Assembly: GCA_009914755.4 (NCBI GenBank)
Contig: CP068257.2
Span: 38,080,001 to 38,144,000 of the forward strand
Reading direction: 5' to 3'
DNA length: 64,000 nt
Origin: the human T2T-CHM13v2.0 reference genome, Homo sapiens
The notes under the pieces: generated by a model
Told to the model about the DNA's origin: nothing
Databases searched by the model: none
What the model saw: only the letters and a program-made list of their open reading frames with translations
In this document: piece by piece, positions 24,901 to 39,651 of the stretch
How positions within the stretch are numbered: position 1 is the stretch's first letter
Layout: each line of letters opens with the position of its first letter
Translations under genes and position numbers: made by a program

Positions 24901-26142
24901 AATAGAAGGTTCCCATATACTCCATACCCAATTTCCCCCATAATTAACATCTTACATAAGTATGGTACGTGAAAAACATCAGACAAATCTCAATTGAGAA
25001 ACATTCAACAGGAAACTTGACCAGTACTGCTCATAACTGTCCTAGTGGCCAGAAACAAAAAGGCCAGAGAAGTTACAGCCAAGTAGAGCATAAGAAGACA
25101 TGATGACTAGTCTAATGTGGTGTCCTGGATGGAATTCAAGAGAGGAAAAGGGCATTAGGGAAAAACTGAGCGAATAAATCTGAATAAAGTATGGACTTTG
25201 GTTAATATTCATGTGTCAATATTGGTTCTCATCAATTGTGACATGTTTACCATACTAAGGTAAGATGTTAATAACAGGGGAACTGTGAGTGGGGGTACAT
25301 GGGAATTCTCTGTATGATCATATTACTTTTTTTGTGAATCTAAAACTACTCTAAAATAATTTTATTTAACAACAACAAAAAATCAGATACTTCAAAACAA
25401 AACAAACAAAACCAACCACAGCCACCCAAAGAGAACACAGCCTTATGTCACGTGGCTGGTGGATTGAACTGCAGGTGGAAGTAACTTAACCTGTAGAACG
25501 AGACATTTTAAACCATATCTTTCATTGAAAGAAAAGTTTTCCAAATGGGAGATTAAATTAGTGAAGCATCTTATAAACTTTATCATAAATATTTGAATTA
25601 AAAGATGACACAGTAGAGTGAGAAGAATACAGGGAGACTCTGAAGTCAATGTTAAAGACAAAACTCGTGGCCTCCCAATAGCAATAGCATGACTCTTGGC
25701 AATATCGTGAGATCTTTATAGCTTCCGTTTAGTCCCGGTAAAGTGAGTATAATAATACCCACCTCTTATCATTGTAAGGCTGATTGAATGAGACTGTAGG
25801 TACAGCCCCCTACAAAGTACCTGGCACAGGAAAGCAATCGTTCCACCCAGGCAATTCTGAAATCTGTAAAACAGAAAACCAAGAAGGGGTGCTGGAACTC
25901 GGCACCAGTGCAAGTTCAGGCGGAAGTCCTGCTTTTTCTGGGAAGCCTCCTTTCTGCTCTTAAAGCTGTTCAACTGATTGGATCAAGCCCACTCAGACTA
26001 TCTGGATAATCTCTTTTACTTCAAATCAAATTAATGTTAATCACATCTACAGAATGCCTTCCCAGAAACACCCTTATTAGTGTTTGATTGAATAATTGGG
26101 GACTAGAGCCTGGCCATGATGACACCAAACCTGGCCATCTGT

Positions 26143-26292
26143 CCCTTCCTTCCTTCCTTCCTTCCTTCCTTCCTTCCTTCCTTCCTTCCTTCCTTCCACC
26201 CACCCATCCATTCATTTTTCCATTTATCCTTTCTTCTTTCCATCCATCCTTCCATTCCACCCATCCACCCATCCATCCATCTACCTGCCTAT
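26143..26292. repeat. (TTCC)n grading into (CCAT/CCAC)n simple repeat
   Basis: ccttccttccttccttcc ... ccacccacccatccattcatttttcc ... ccatccacccatccatccatctacc. Confidence 0.9.
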
Positions 26293-27147
26293 TTATCATG
26301 AACACTGTTCTCCTGTACTATAACTGAATGAAAGGTCATACCCATTAAAAAAATTCTGAGTTATATGGGTCAAGGTGAGCACACTTACTTTGTAAATTGC
26401 CAGGTAGTAAATATTTTCAGCTTTGTGGTCCCTTTGTCTCCGTCACAACTCCTCAGTACAGTTGTTGAGTACAAAAGCAGCCACAGACAATATGTGAGTG
26501 AGTAGGCATGACTCTGTCTGATGGAACTTTACACAAAATGGATGCCAGGTGGGACTTTGCCCATGGGCTGTGGCTAGCTGACTTCTGATATAGATCAGTT
26601 GTAAAGATATGTTTTTAGAAAGCACTGACTGAGTGGAAAGGGAAGCTAGTGAAAGAAGCTTGCCTATGGTAGGTCTACAAAAAAGAGACAAAGGGAAGAG
26701 CACTTTATTAGGGCTCAGAGCAAGGCAGGAGTGTGAGACCATGACAAGTGCTGTACTCAATGCACCCTCAGTCATGCTGTCACCAATCGTCGGGTTTTCC
26801 TCCTTCCAGGCACATGACCTTCTCTGCCCCGTTGAAGTAAGCTGTTGCCATGTGATTTGATTTGGACACTGAAATATGAGCAGAAATATTATGGGGGAAA
26901 CTTTAAGAGCAGCCCATGTTTGTCACATTTCTGTCCCTACAGCAGCAGTTTTAGGATGAAGCTTCTACCAACCTGAGTGTCTGAGTAAGATGAGCAGAAT
27001 TCCCTCACCCACCAATGCTATGTGAGTAAAAAATAAACTTTGGTTGTATTAAGCCCCCAGTATTTTGGGATTGTTACCAAACAGAAGCTGGCCTATCCTG
27101 TCTGATATACCTAACGACACCAACAATATTTAACTAAAATTTCATCC

Positions 27148-27218
27148 CTTGTATCTTTTGTATGCTACCTTATCTGTATGCTACCTCTGTCTTTTGTATG
27201 CTACCTTATTTGTCTTCA
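27148..27218. repeat. Short tandem repeat, about 3 copies of a roughly 24-bp unit
   Basis: tatcttttgtatgctaccttatctgtatgctacctctgtcttttgtatgctaccttatttgtc. Confidence 0.5.
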
Positions 27219-27492
27219 TAACACTTTCTACCACCTTACATATATTTATCTATTCATTTACTTGTCTGTTTTCTCTGCTAGAATACAAGCTTCCCCAAAG
27301 CAGGGACTTCTGATAATTGCTCTTAAAGCTTGGAATGATTTACTATGTGACATAATCAACATCACCAAAAGCATCAACAACACAAATAAGCATATGTGTA
27401 GTCCTCACAAAGCTATGTGAGGTAGATAGTATTATTAACCTTGTTTTTCCTTATAGGTGAATTATTCTCATTTTACCTATAAAAATGCATTA

Positions 27493-28030
27493 GTTATCTA
27501 TTGCTATGTAACAAATTGCCGCAAAAGCAGCTTAAAACATCACACGTTTATTAGGTGTGAGTCAGGTGTCTGGGCACAACTTGTTGGTCCTTTGTTCAGG
27601 GTTTCTTGCGAGACTTCAATCAAGGCACTGGTGAGGGCTAGGGCCTCATCTGAAGGCTCCACTGGGGAAGGATAGGACTTTGAAGCTCACATGGCTATTG
27701 GCAAGCCTTTATTTCTTGCAGGCTGTTGGACTGAGGGCTGAAGTTTCTAGCTGGCTGTTCAGGAGAGTCTGCCCTCAGTCTTGATTGCTTGCCATGTGGG
27801 TGTCTCCAACATGACTATGTGCACCATCCAAGTGCACCTGCTGAGAAGGGAATAGAGAGATTCTGCTAGCAAGATGGAAGCTGCAATCCCATGGAATCAC
27901 AGAAGTGACTTTTGCTGCAATCTGTGAGTTAGAGAAGCAAGTCAGAAGTCCCAGCCCCACTCAAAGGGAGGAAATTACACAGAGTATGATTACTGGAGGC
28001 AGGGATTACTGAGACCATCTGAGAGTTTGC
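27493..28030 (+). mobile_element. MaLR LTR (MLT1-type)
   Basis: ctattgctatgtaacaaattgccgcaaaagcagcttaaaacatcacacgtttattaggtgtgagtcaggtgtctgggcac ... gggtttcttgcgagacttcaatcaaggcactggtgagggctagggcctcatctgaaggctccactggggaagg ... ggaggcagggattactgagaccatctgagag. Confidence 0.65.
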
Positions 28031-28291
28031 CTTCAAGAAGGAACTTGGAATTCAGAGAGGTCACAGAGTGGGTCAGTGGTACAGATCGTGTCACCCTGAC
28101 CTCACTGAGACCTGACAGAACTATAAAGGTTATGGGTCAAAAGGTAGAATGTATTCCCTAAAGCAAGGCACAAGTATTAATTTTGTTCCAATTAGGGCCA
28201 GAATCAGGATCTTGAGTACAAAGTTCACACATCTTCTTTGTAAAAAAATATGAAATCAGAAATGAATCTTTAAGAAATTAGCTGTTGATTA

Positions 28292-28642
<351 letters not shown>

Positions 28643-28828
28643 TTAATAATAGAATTAAGTGGAAATATTTTCACTTATTCCTCTTTATATGAGTACTTTT
28701 ATTTGGTGCAACAATGTACCCAGCTAAAAGAATACATTTCTCATTTTCCTTTGCAGGAGGTGTAGACATTTGACTAAATTCTAGCTACTGTGTTATGTGG
28801 GCTTCTTGGAAGATTCCTTATAGCTCGG

Positions 28829-29185
28829 TGATATGGTTTGGCTGTGTCCCCACCCAAATCTCATCTTGAATTCCTACGTGTTGTGGGAGGGACCCTGTGG
28901 GAGGTAATTGAATCATGGGGGAGGTCTTTCCTGTGCTGTTCTTGTGATAGTGAATAAGTCTCATGAGATCTGATGGTTTTTAAATGAGGAGTTCCCCTGC
29001 ACAAGCTCTCTGTTTTTGCCTGCTGCCATCCATGTAAGATGTGACTTGCTCTTCCTTGCCTTCCGCCATGACTGTGAGGCTTCCCCAGCCACATGAAAGT
29101 GTAAGTCCAACAAATCTCTTTCTTTTGTAAATTGCCCAGTCTTGTGTATGTCTTTTATCAGCAGCATGAACATGGACTAATACAC
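28829..29185 (+). mobile_element. THE1-type MaLR LTR
   Basis: tgatatggtttggctgtgtccccacccaaatctcatcttgaattcctacgtgttgtgggagggaccctgtgggaggtaattgaatcatggggg ... tgcccagtcttgtgtatgtcttttatcagcagcatgaacatggactaatacac, a near-consensus THE1 start and end. Confidence 0.8.
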
Positions 29186-32100
29186 TGGGTGATCAGTTGG
29201 TCATCACATTCTTTGTAGATTTCCTTCTTCTTGCTGCAGCCACCAGCTGGGCAGGGAGAGGATATTGAGAACAAATTTCATGCTGAGGATGGCAGAGGAG
29301 AAAGATGAAAGGAGTCTAGGCCTGTATATCTCAACTTCTTTGTGCAGGAGAGTAACGCCTTACATGCATTAATCTGTTATTTGAGGTTTCCTTTATATGC
29401 GTTTGGATTGTCTGTGGCTGCAACGAATCCTGATACAATACAAAGTATTTACACCCTAGAGAGCTGTGCTAAAGAACCTATTTGCCATCTCATCGTGCTG
29501 GCAAATGACACACAACGTTCAGTAAAACTCAAGCGGATGCTATTCTGTTCTCTGCTAAATGTGCCTGATTTATCCATTGTGATGTCCTGCCATTCCAGAT
29601 AGAGATCAGGATTCCCTTGCCCCATGGCTCTGCTACAGAGTCTGCCTTGCCCATCTGGCATGTAAAACCCTGAAATGTAAAACTCTGCTGTTTGTAGGAG
29701 TGCCAAGATGTTTAAACATATTTTAGATATTTTTTGGAAAGTTGTAAAACGTGGCTAATGTAGGAAATGGTAGCAGTTCATAAACACTACTTATTGTTCA
29801 TCACTTCAGATGTCACTAGGCTTATGTAAATGAAACCGAGATATTTTTCTTTTTTCTGTGTGAAGTCAAGCCCATTTTTTCTTCTAACATTATAGACATC
29901 CCAGAGTGGTTATCAGCATTTGAAAGCAGCAGGGCCTCTTTCTTCTTCTTGGATTTGGTTAAAACAAAAGGGCTACGGACAGTCTTGAAATGTGAACCAA
30001 AACCCCATGTTTTTAAACACCTCAGCAAATCCGAATGAAGACAAGTTTCCTCCTTCAGGGACAAAGCAGGGTTCAGTCTATAAAACCTGACTTTGAAGCA
30101 GATGACAACTTTTCCCACAGGTGGTGCACAAGTACTTCTAGGAAACACAAACACCTAATTTTGATCTTATTTATTAGGATTTTATTTTAATGTGGATCTG
30201 GAAAAAAAACTAGCACATCATGCTCATAATTATACGGATCTTACTGCTTAGGAGGAGGCCTAATTAATTGTGTGCAATTAACAGCCGTTAATTGTGTTTT
30301 AGAGATCAAGTTAAAGAATAATCCTTGGTAAATCTTGGCTGCGGGTGACTGATGGAAGTTTCAGAGGCTGGACTGGAAGATGAAACTGGGGCAAGATGTT
30401 ACACAGCATGGCCTCAGGAACCTGAGCTCCAGCAACCTGCGGGTCCCAATGGAGGCGAAGTCAAGGAGCGTCTCAGAGAGTGGTTGATGTGTGAAGTCTC
30501 TGTCTGCCCATCTGAATAACAAGAGATGGGGCTTGTGATTTTCCTCCACGGTATGTTGTCTGGTTCCTAATCCCCTCTCATTACTGTCAGTTTTAACTGT
30601 GTGTGGGTCTATGTGTGTTCACCTCTCATGGGCAGGGTGGCAGAACTCGCTAGGGTAGGAGGAGAGACCACGAAGTCAGACCTTGATTCCTGTGTGGACT
30701 TTGAAAGAGTTTTCTCCATGATTTAGCCTGTGGATTTCAGCATTTTGAAAAATTAACCAGAAATTCAGAAATTAGATGGAGACCTCTAGTGGAGGCCTGG
30801 GAGAAGAAAGATTGGAAGATTGGAGTCTACAAAGGCTGGGATAGTGGCATGTGGATGGGCTGCTTGGAGTGCGCAGAAGACACGCAGGCCTCTGTCTCAT
30901 GTCGGGGTCCACCAGGGCCTCTGGGTGCCGCATCCGGTGGTGTTAGCTGGCCTCTCTCCTCAGTCACCAGTGCTCAGGCAGTGGCTGTGGATGGAGGAGC
31001 CAAGATGGCAGGGCAGGGTGGAGGCGGTGCATGCCCCTCACCAAGGCTGATGTAGCTGCTGCCTCCACTGTGTCTGTCCTACGCTTCTAGCCCTGGGGGA
31101 CCAGCAAACACTTGATAGCAGGTTGATTACATCTGGCCCCTTCAATTGCAGCTGGAGGTGATTTTCCCTTACTGGAATTGACACCTGCTGCTAATACAGA
31201 TTTGCCTTTTCTGCCTGTTCTCCTGCCAGCACCCCTACCTGAGGGCCTCCAGGAGGAATGACATCTCAAACAGAAACCTGCATAACATCAGCCCAAACCA
31301 AGGACCCATTTTATCATCAAAGAGGTGTGCCATGAATGCATGACTGTGGGATCCACTGCTTTGACCACATATGGATGACTTGGAAGCTGCCAGCCTACAT
31401 GAACAATGGAAAGGCCATTGATGGCTCAGCAAAGTTGCCAGCTGAGGGCCAATGCTCCCCAGGGTTGGCCTCGAGGGTGGCCACAGTGCTGTAACAACAG
31501 CCAGTGTGGTGCTGAACCTGCAGCCTACCTATGATGCTTTGACACCAATTGTCAGGACACACGGGTCTGGAAACCAAATCTTGGAAGTAGGATTGGTTGC
31601 TTTCCGTGTAACTCCTAGTGACCCACTAGTAGAATTTTGCTTCCTATCCCTGAGAACTTATATTCCACAGGACTAGAGATCCTGGTTCCTGGGATGAAGC
31701 AGGGCAGCTTCTGCTGAGGTTCACAGTAAAGGTTCTGTTGAACCCAAATATGACTATCACTGGGTCCCTTTGGGCCCACTAGTGGACGAGCAGGCAAAGA
31801 AAGAAGTTACTCCACCATCAGGGGACAGATAATTCCAGCTCTCAATGGGGCTATGGTTGCTACCAGGGGACTGAAACACAGCTGAGACTGAGGAGATTGT
31901 CGGTGGCTTCTTCTGGTGCTTCCAAGTCTGGGGATAATGATGACTGGGCAGCCATCAGAGCCTGATAAACACAAGGCAACCAAGAGCTCAGACCCTGAGC
32001 GGTGAAAAGGCCAGCCAGTGCTCAGGCAGGTCACCCAGACCATCATAAGCGCTGATAGAAATCTAGGACGTGCGGTGGAGGAGGGAGATGACACGTCCCA

Positions 32101-32594
32101 ACCATGGTCCCTGGTTAGCTGCAGGTGGCGTGTCCACCACGCCTTCTCTTTGGAGTCATTTGGAGATGGTGGCTGGCCACGATCTTGCAGGCTTAGTGAC
32201 AGAACAATCTGAGAAGAACGAGGGGGGGAGCTGCTGCAGACCCATGTGGTGCTCTGCCTCATGCCCTCTCAGCCTAACCTCTAATTTCAGCAGAGATGGG
32301 GTGTGTTTCTGTTCCGTGGTTAAGTCGCTGCATGCTCACAGAGGCTTACTTCAAGCACGGGCTGCAAGGTTTTACTTTCTTCATCAGGATTCCTCTCATG
32401 CCACGAATGGGGAAAGTTCACAGTTGTTGGAGCTGATATTCCTAGAGAAAAATGCTGGTAAGTAAAGGCTCATATCTCCTGTTTTTCTTGGGGGGACTGT
32501 TCTAGAGCCTTCTGTGCCCTTCTCAGTATGTCTAAGCAGAATGGAGCGCCCATTGTTCACAGCAGTTTCCTTGGCAATATTGTTGCTTTTTCCT

Positions 32595-33195
32595 CCCCAG
32601 TCTCACTGTTACAGGTTGAATTGTGTCCCCAAAAAGATATGTTCACGTCCCAACCCTTGGTATCTGGGAATATGACCTTATTTGCAAATAGGGTCTCTGC
32701 AGATGTAATCAACTTAAGCTGAGGTTAGGCTGGATTAGGGTGGGCCCTTAATCCAGTATGACTGGTGTCCTTATAAAAAGACAATGTGAAGATATGTTGG
32801 GAAAAGACTGTGTGATGGTCAGACAGAGACAGGGATTGGAGTGATGCAGCTTCAAGCCAAGGAGCGCCAAGGTTGACAACAAATACCTGAGCCAGGAAGA
32901 GGCCAGGAAGGATTCCCTCCTACATTTTTCAGAGGGAGCCTGGCCTTCCCACATCTTGATCTTGGACTCCCAACCTCCAGAAATGTGAGAGAACAAGTTT
33001 CTGTTGTTTGAGCTGCCCAGTGGTGGTCATGGCAGCCTCAGGAGATGACGCACTCGCTCTTTCTGCTTCCTCTCTCGTGCTCCCGGGGTGACCTCTCCAA
33101 TAAACTGCCTGGTCACAATCCATTTTTCCAGAGTTTTCTTTATTAGAAACCCAAGCTAGGATAACCTCTACGCTGTGCAAAGAGGGAGACACTGC
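32595..33195 (-). mobile_element. MaLR LTR (MLT1-type)
   Basis: Reverse-complement MLT1 blocks: gggaatatgaccttatttgcaaatagggtctctgcagatgtaatcaacttaagctgaggttaggctggattagggtgggcccttaatccagtatgactggtgtccttataaaaagacaatgtg ... atcttgatcttggactcccaacctccagaaatgtgagagaacaagtttctgttgtttgagc. Confidence 0.6.
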
Positions 33196-34452
33196 TGTCT
33201 AAATGAGACTTTAGTTTTTGAATGAACTCTTTTTTTGGTGATACAGTTAATCATAATTCCATTTACCATTTTCTGACCGCCTATTATGTGCCTGGCACTT
33301 TACAAACATATCAAGTCTAATCTAGTATCATCCCATGTGGTAGCTGCTATTATCCTATTTTATAGAAGGGAAACTGAGTCTGATGGAGGTTGGGAGACTT
33401 GCACTATTTGTGACCCCAAATCTACATTCTTTCTAAATACCTAGGACCCAATCTTTGCCCAATAATTTACTTTCTCTGTAGGTTCCAACTTTTCTTTATG
33501 TATCCACCTGGATTAGTTGATATCTAGGTTTGGCTGCTGTGACAAAGACCAAAATATGAGTGACTTAAACAAGATGGACGTGTATTTCTCTTTACAGAAA
33601 GCTACATATGGGGCAGTCCTGCTCCTCAGGGCCCACAGAAGCTCAGATTCCTCCTGTCTACTTGCTCTGCCAAGTGTTGTTTTTGGTGGCTTAACGCCAC
33701 TTCCACTCTCCAGCCAGTAGAAAGGTGAGAAAAGCGAAAGAGAAGAACAGAATTCTCTTCACTGCAGGATCTCCTTACATCCCACTGATCAGAATTTCCA
33801 CCATGACCATGCCTAGATTCAAGGGGTGAGGTGAGGGGAGGAGCTGGGAAATGCAGTCTGCATTCTGTGCCCAGCTAAAATGTAGGGATGCGGTTGCCAT
33901 AGAATCGGGGAAAGTGGATATGGGGGCATGGCAGCTGGTGCTCACGGGGCACTCTTTGCCTTTGACAGTGGATCAGGCATTATGCAGAGCACGAAGAGGA
34001 GCACATTGTAGTCTCTGACTTCAGAAGAAGCAGACAGCAAAGGTGGTTTCCTTCCTGGTGGAGATTGCCGATTGGACTACAGAATGGCGAGAATACTGTG
34101 AAAGGAGGAGCATAGAAATCCAAGTGTGATCAGTCAGCAGGTCTTGGCCAGGAGCATACACAGAATAAACAAATAAATAAGTAAAGAGAGGAAGGGGAAG
34201 TAATGTTAAGACTGTTCAAGACTTGGAATACAGCTCTCCTAAAAAGCAGTCCTTTGAAGTCTTGGGATACTACAGAAAGATCCCAACAACCACTGAGCCT
34301 GGTTTCGATTTTTGGAGGAAACACACCAGGTGAATAAAGCAGTGTGACGTGAGAGAAAAGAGGGCGGCAAAGGTGAATGGGATCCCAGCCTTTCAAGGAC
34401 TTGGGCAGAGCAACTGGAGGAGGTGTGAGTCCAGCCAACAGTGTGGATCAGT

Positions 34453-34935
34453 TTCCTAGGCTGCCATAACAAAGCACCATAACCTGGTGGCTTAGAACAA
34501 TGGAAAGGCATTTGCTCACGGTTCCAGAAGCTGTAGGTTAGAAACTAAGTGTGGCAGGGTCATGGCCCCTCTGAAACCTAGGAGGGAAGGATGCTTCCCT
34601 GCTTCTTCCTGCTTCTGCTATCCCCTGATGTTCCTGGGTTAGTGGCAGCATAATTCTGGCCTCTGCCTCTGTCTTAACGTGGTGTTTTTTCCTGTGTCTC
34701 TTCATATTGCCTTTTGTCTCTGTGCCTCTACCTCTGAGTCCAAATTGCCCCTTTTTATAAGGACAATCACATTGTCCTTAGTCACATTGGATTGGATTAG
34801 GGCCCACTATACAGACCTTGTTTTAACTTGATTCTTCTATCAAGACCCTGAGAATCTCCAAATAAGGCCACATTCTGAGGAACTGTGGGTTTGGACTTCA
34901 ACATGTCTTTTTTGGGGGCCACAACTCAACCCATA
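34453..34935 (+). mobile_element. MaLR LTR (MST-type)
   Basis: ctgccataacaaagcaccataacctggtggcttagaacaatggaaagg ... tgtggcagggtcatggcccctctgaaacctaggagggaagg ... ccctttttataaggacaatcacattgtccttagtcacattggattggattagggcccactatacagaccttgttttaacttgattc ... ccaaataaggccacattctgaggaactgtgggtttggacttcaacatgtc ... aacccatacc. Confidence 0.7.
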
Positions 34936-35676
34936 CCAGCTTGCTTGATGGATATTCATAGCTGATGTCAAAGTAAATTTAATTCTCATCCTCAGAAGCA
35001 AGAAAGATTCCACGACTAAGGCCAACAATAACATCCAGGGAGTTCGTTTCTTGAGCAACGACCAGCTCTTTGCATAGCACGAATTGCCAAAAAAGGCCAG
35101 CGTAGTCATTTCTCGGCCATGCACACCTGTGATGTGGCAAGCCATGTTGACGTGCCAAAAATGAGAATTCTCCAGTAAAAATAAAATAGAGTAAATTAGA
35201 TAATAATGTTCCGAAGGCAATTTATACTTTTCTGTGCTTTGGGATTCATTTTCAAAACATGTTTCATTTGTCTTTGAAAATCGAAGTTCACGTTCAAGGC
35301 CCCTTTGAGTTTGCTTTTTGTCCAACTATTCGGGCATGCAATAGTCACTAATGGGAACTCCTGGCTTAGAGCCAAGAAACCAACAAAAGGCCCCAAAATG
35401 AATGCTTTAAAAGACTGTGCATGTTTTAAAGGCCTCTCGCCTATCAGCAAGCACCACTGTTTCTCCATGGACAAACCAGAGTGTCCTGACAAGGTCTCCT
35501 GTCCCCTGGCAGACAGCTGACACCCGAGGCCCATCAGGCTGGGAGCTTGCTTGTCTGGAATGTCTTTGAATGCATGGGCTATCCTTTCCCACTCCCCCAT
35601 AGCCTCCCCTATCAGCCAAAGTAATTTGAAGATGTGGTGGTGTTATAAGATAATCTAGGATAATCTCCCAATTCTT

Positions 35677-35751
35677 GCACACTTCTCTGTTGAGAGGTCG
35701 GTTTATCGCTTCTTGCACACTTCTCTGTTGAGAGGTCGGTTTATCGCAGTT
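35677..35751 (+). repeat. Tandem duplication, 2 copies of about 37 bp
   Basis: cttgcacacttctctgttgagaggtcggtttatcgc occurs twice in tandem. Confidence 0.85.
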
Positions 35752-37195
35752 TGTTTTTAGGTCTATTAAGAGGTCTAAGTCCCCTCTCCCTGAATCTGAA
35801 CCCTGTGAGTGCGTGGCTGATAGAGCACCTTGGGTGTGGCTGTGGTATAAGTCCTGAGGATGCATGTCCTTCCATATTCCCTTCTCTTTGAGTGTGGGAG
35901 AGTCTGGGAATGCTGCGCTATTACTCTTGTGATTTAGAGCAAAAGGGATATGATTTGAGTGGGCCTAGTCTAATCACATGGACTTTTTAAAAGCAGAGTT
36001 TTTCCTCCGGCTAGCAGCAAACAAGGAAGTCTGAGATTTGAAGCAGGAGGAGAATAGGGTGCATTGTTGCTGCCTTTGAAAATGGAGGGGCCACATGCCA
36101 ACCAGTGCAAGTAGCTTTTAGAAGCTGAGAAGAGCCCCTAAGTGAATTCAGCTCACAAACTGAATGAGCTTGGAAGTGGAATCGTTCTCAGAGCTTCCAG
36201 AAAAGGACTCATCTGTCTAACACCTTGATGTTGGCCTTATGAGACCCTACCTAAGAAGAGAACCCAGTCAAACCTTCCCAGGCTTTTATGGAACTGAGAG
36301 ATAATAAATAGGTATAGTTTTAAGGCATGAAATTTGTAATAGTTTGTTATTTGCCAATGGAAAACTAATAGAGTGACACTGTGCCCAATTCTAGGTTCGG
36401 GCTGCAAAAGACTTGTAGCTTTTATTTGTTTCTTGGGGCATTTGCTCCCGGAATCCAGCAGCCATGCTGTGAGGAAGCCCAAGCAGCCCCACAGAGAGGT
36501 CCATGTCAAAGAGAGTAAGACCCTCAGCCCAGCCAGAACCAAGCTCCTAGTCAATGGCCAGGACTGACTTTCCAGCTTTGTGAATGAGCCACCCTGAAAG
36601 TGAATCCTATAGCCCCAGCTGATCTGTTCCAGCTGACCCATGTGAAGCAGGACAGGACATTACCACTGAGCCCTGCCCAGATTGCAAAATAAATGGTTGT
36701 TCTTATTTGAAATCACTAATTTTTGGGGTGGTTTAAATAGAGGGCAAATTTTCTGCTGCTCATCCTCATACCAAAATTGCTAATTATGTCTCTAGTAATA
36801 TGGTTGATGTCCAGGATAACTTAAATGAGACCATTAAGTGACAATGTGACATTCCTATCCAAGGGGAAAAACAGCTCTTGCAACCGTAAGTACACATTGT
36901 TCTAACCTGCTTTCTTCATAGGATTTTGTGAATCAAGGACTGCAATGGACAGAGAATGTTTTGCAAATTCTTAGATATAGGGGGATTTATCAACTTTGTA
37001 CCCAAATATACCACCCTTATGAAAATGACAATAAGCATTGCTGTTGAAGGTGTGATGAAATAAGCTATCTCTGACACAAAACGTGGGATTGTAAATTGGC
37101 ATAGTTCTGGAAACTAATTTAACTCTATCAATAATTTTAAAGTGAGAAATGTTTTGACATATAATTCTAATTAAAAGAGTTAAAGAATATAGTTA

Positions 37196-37525
<330 letters not shown>

Positions 37526-38054
37526 TTAAAATGCAGTATTTGAAAAAAGAAAAAAAGATATAGTACCAAAGACAAAATAAAAGAAAACAATAACCCTCTA
37601 TGCATACATAAATTCATCTCAGTATTATTTGCAATATTGAAAAATGGCAAACGACATAATGCTTAAGCACATGGGTATTCTTATGATGTATTTAAAATGA
37701 TTTTATGTTTTGTATCATAAATGTAGCATATTATTATGAAGCCATTAAAGCAATGTTCATGAATGGTTTTTAATGGATATGTAACAATGTTTATAATGTA
37801 GTGTTAAATTAAAAAGGATATAAAATTATATATACAAATTATATTCTACTATATAATACATGAAAGTACACATAGGTGTCCAAGTAAAATGCTTCTAATA
37901 GCGAAAGTGGTGCAACTTAGTGTTTAATAATAGTTCTTTAAATAATTGGCAGTACATCCATAAAACATAATATTGTTTAGTGACTTAAAATTATTTCATA
38001 ATAATACAGAAACTTATGGAAAAACATTTAGGCTACTTGGTTAAGTGGTCATAT

Positions 38055-38555
38055 TAGCCTCCCAGGGCTGCCTGGGAAGAGCTCCACAATTAGAAAGCTT
38101 AAAACAACAGAAATGCACTCTGCCACAGTACTGGGGGTCAGAAGTCTTGATTTCAGAAGTCTGATATTGAAGTATTGGCAGAGCCATGTTCCCTTTGACG
38201 GCTCTAGGGATGAATCTTCCTTGCCTCTTCCTGGTTTTTGGTGGTGGCTGGCAATTCCTGGCCTTCCCTGGCCATCGTTCTAATCTCTGCCTTTTTTGTT
38301 ACACAGCCTTCTCCCTATGTGTCTTCACAATGTCTGCCTTCCGTGAGTGCCTCTGTGACCAAATTTCTCTCTTCTTATAAGGATATCAGTCATATCGAAT
38401 TCGGGCCCACCATCCTCCAGTGTGATCTCACCTTCCTTTAATGAATTACATCTGCAATGACCCTGTTTCCAAATCAAGTCACATGCTGAGGTTCTGGGTA
38501 GACAAGAATTTTGGGTGAATACTATTCAACCTAGTGGATGAAGTGAAAAAATAGA
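38055..38555 (+). mobile_element. MaLR LTR (MLT1/MST-type)
   Basis: gctgcctgggaagagctccacaattagaaagcttaaaacaacagaaatgcactctgccacagtactgggggtcagaagtcttgatttc ... ctcttcttataaggatatcagtcatatcgaattcgggcccaccatcctccagtgtgatctcacc ... tacatctgcaatgaccctgtttccaaatcaagtcacatgctgaggttctggg. Confidence 0.65.
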
Positions 38556-38607
38556 TTTTCAATATGTAAAATTACTTTTACTACTTCAATACAAAGTTAA
38601 AAATGAT

Positions 38608-38985
<378 letters not shown>

Positions 38986-39330
38986 CTAAAAAATCCTCTG
39001 CGCTTCACCTATTTATCTCTCTCTCCTCTAGCTCCTGATAACCACTGATTTTTTTAAACTGACTCCATGGTAGCAATTGCATTTTTCAGAACTAATTCTA
39101 AGGGATTCATTAGGTGTATCCTTTTTGATTCAGTGATGCTGGTATTCGCCACCAATTGTAATGGTAGAAATTGAAAGCAACTGAATTTCGTCTGTGGGAA
39201 GCTACTTGTAAGTGATGTTATCAAATTGATGGGATTACACTTAGTCACTAAACATAATGTATTTACTGATAGGAAGCAAAGGTTTCTCATACATTAAGTC
39301 AATAACATCTGGTTGTCAAACAGCAGGTAA

Positions 39331-39651
<321 letters not shown>

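Noticed and set aside
31807-32262. 151-codon minus-strand ORF, with overlapping + ORFs 32018-32212 and 32070-32465, in unique sequence.
   Set aside because: No recognisable protein motif. Overlapping ORFs on both strands and no splice-site or conservation evidence are visible from sequence alone. The expected chance-ORF density in 64 kb easily explains it.
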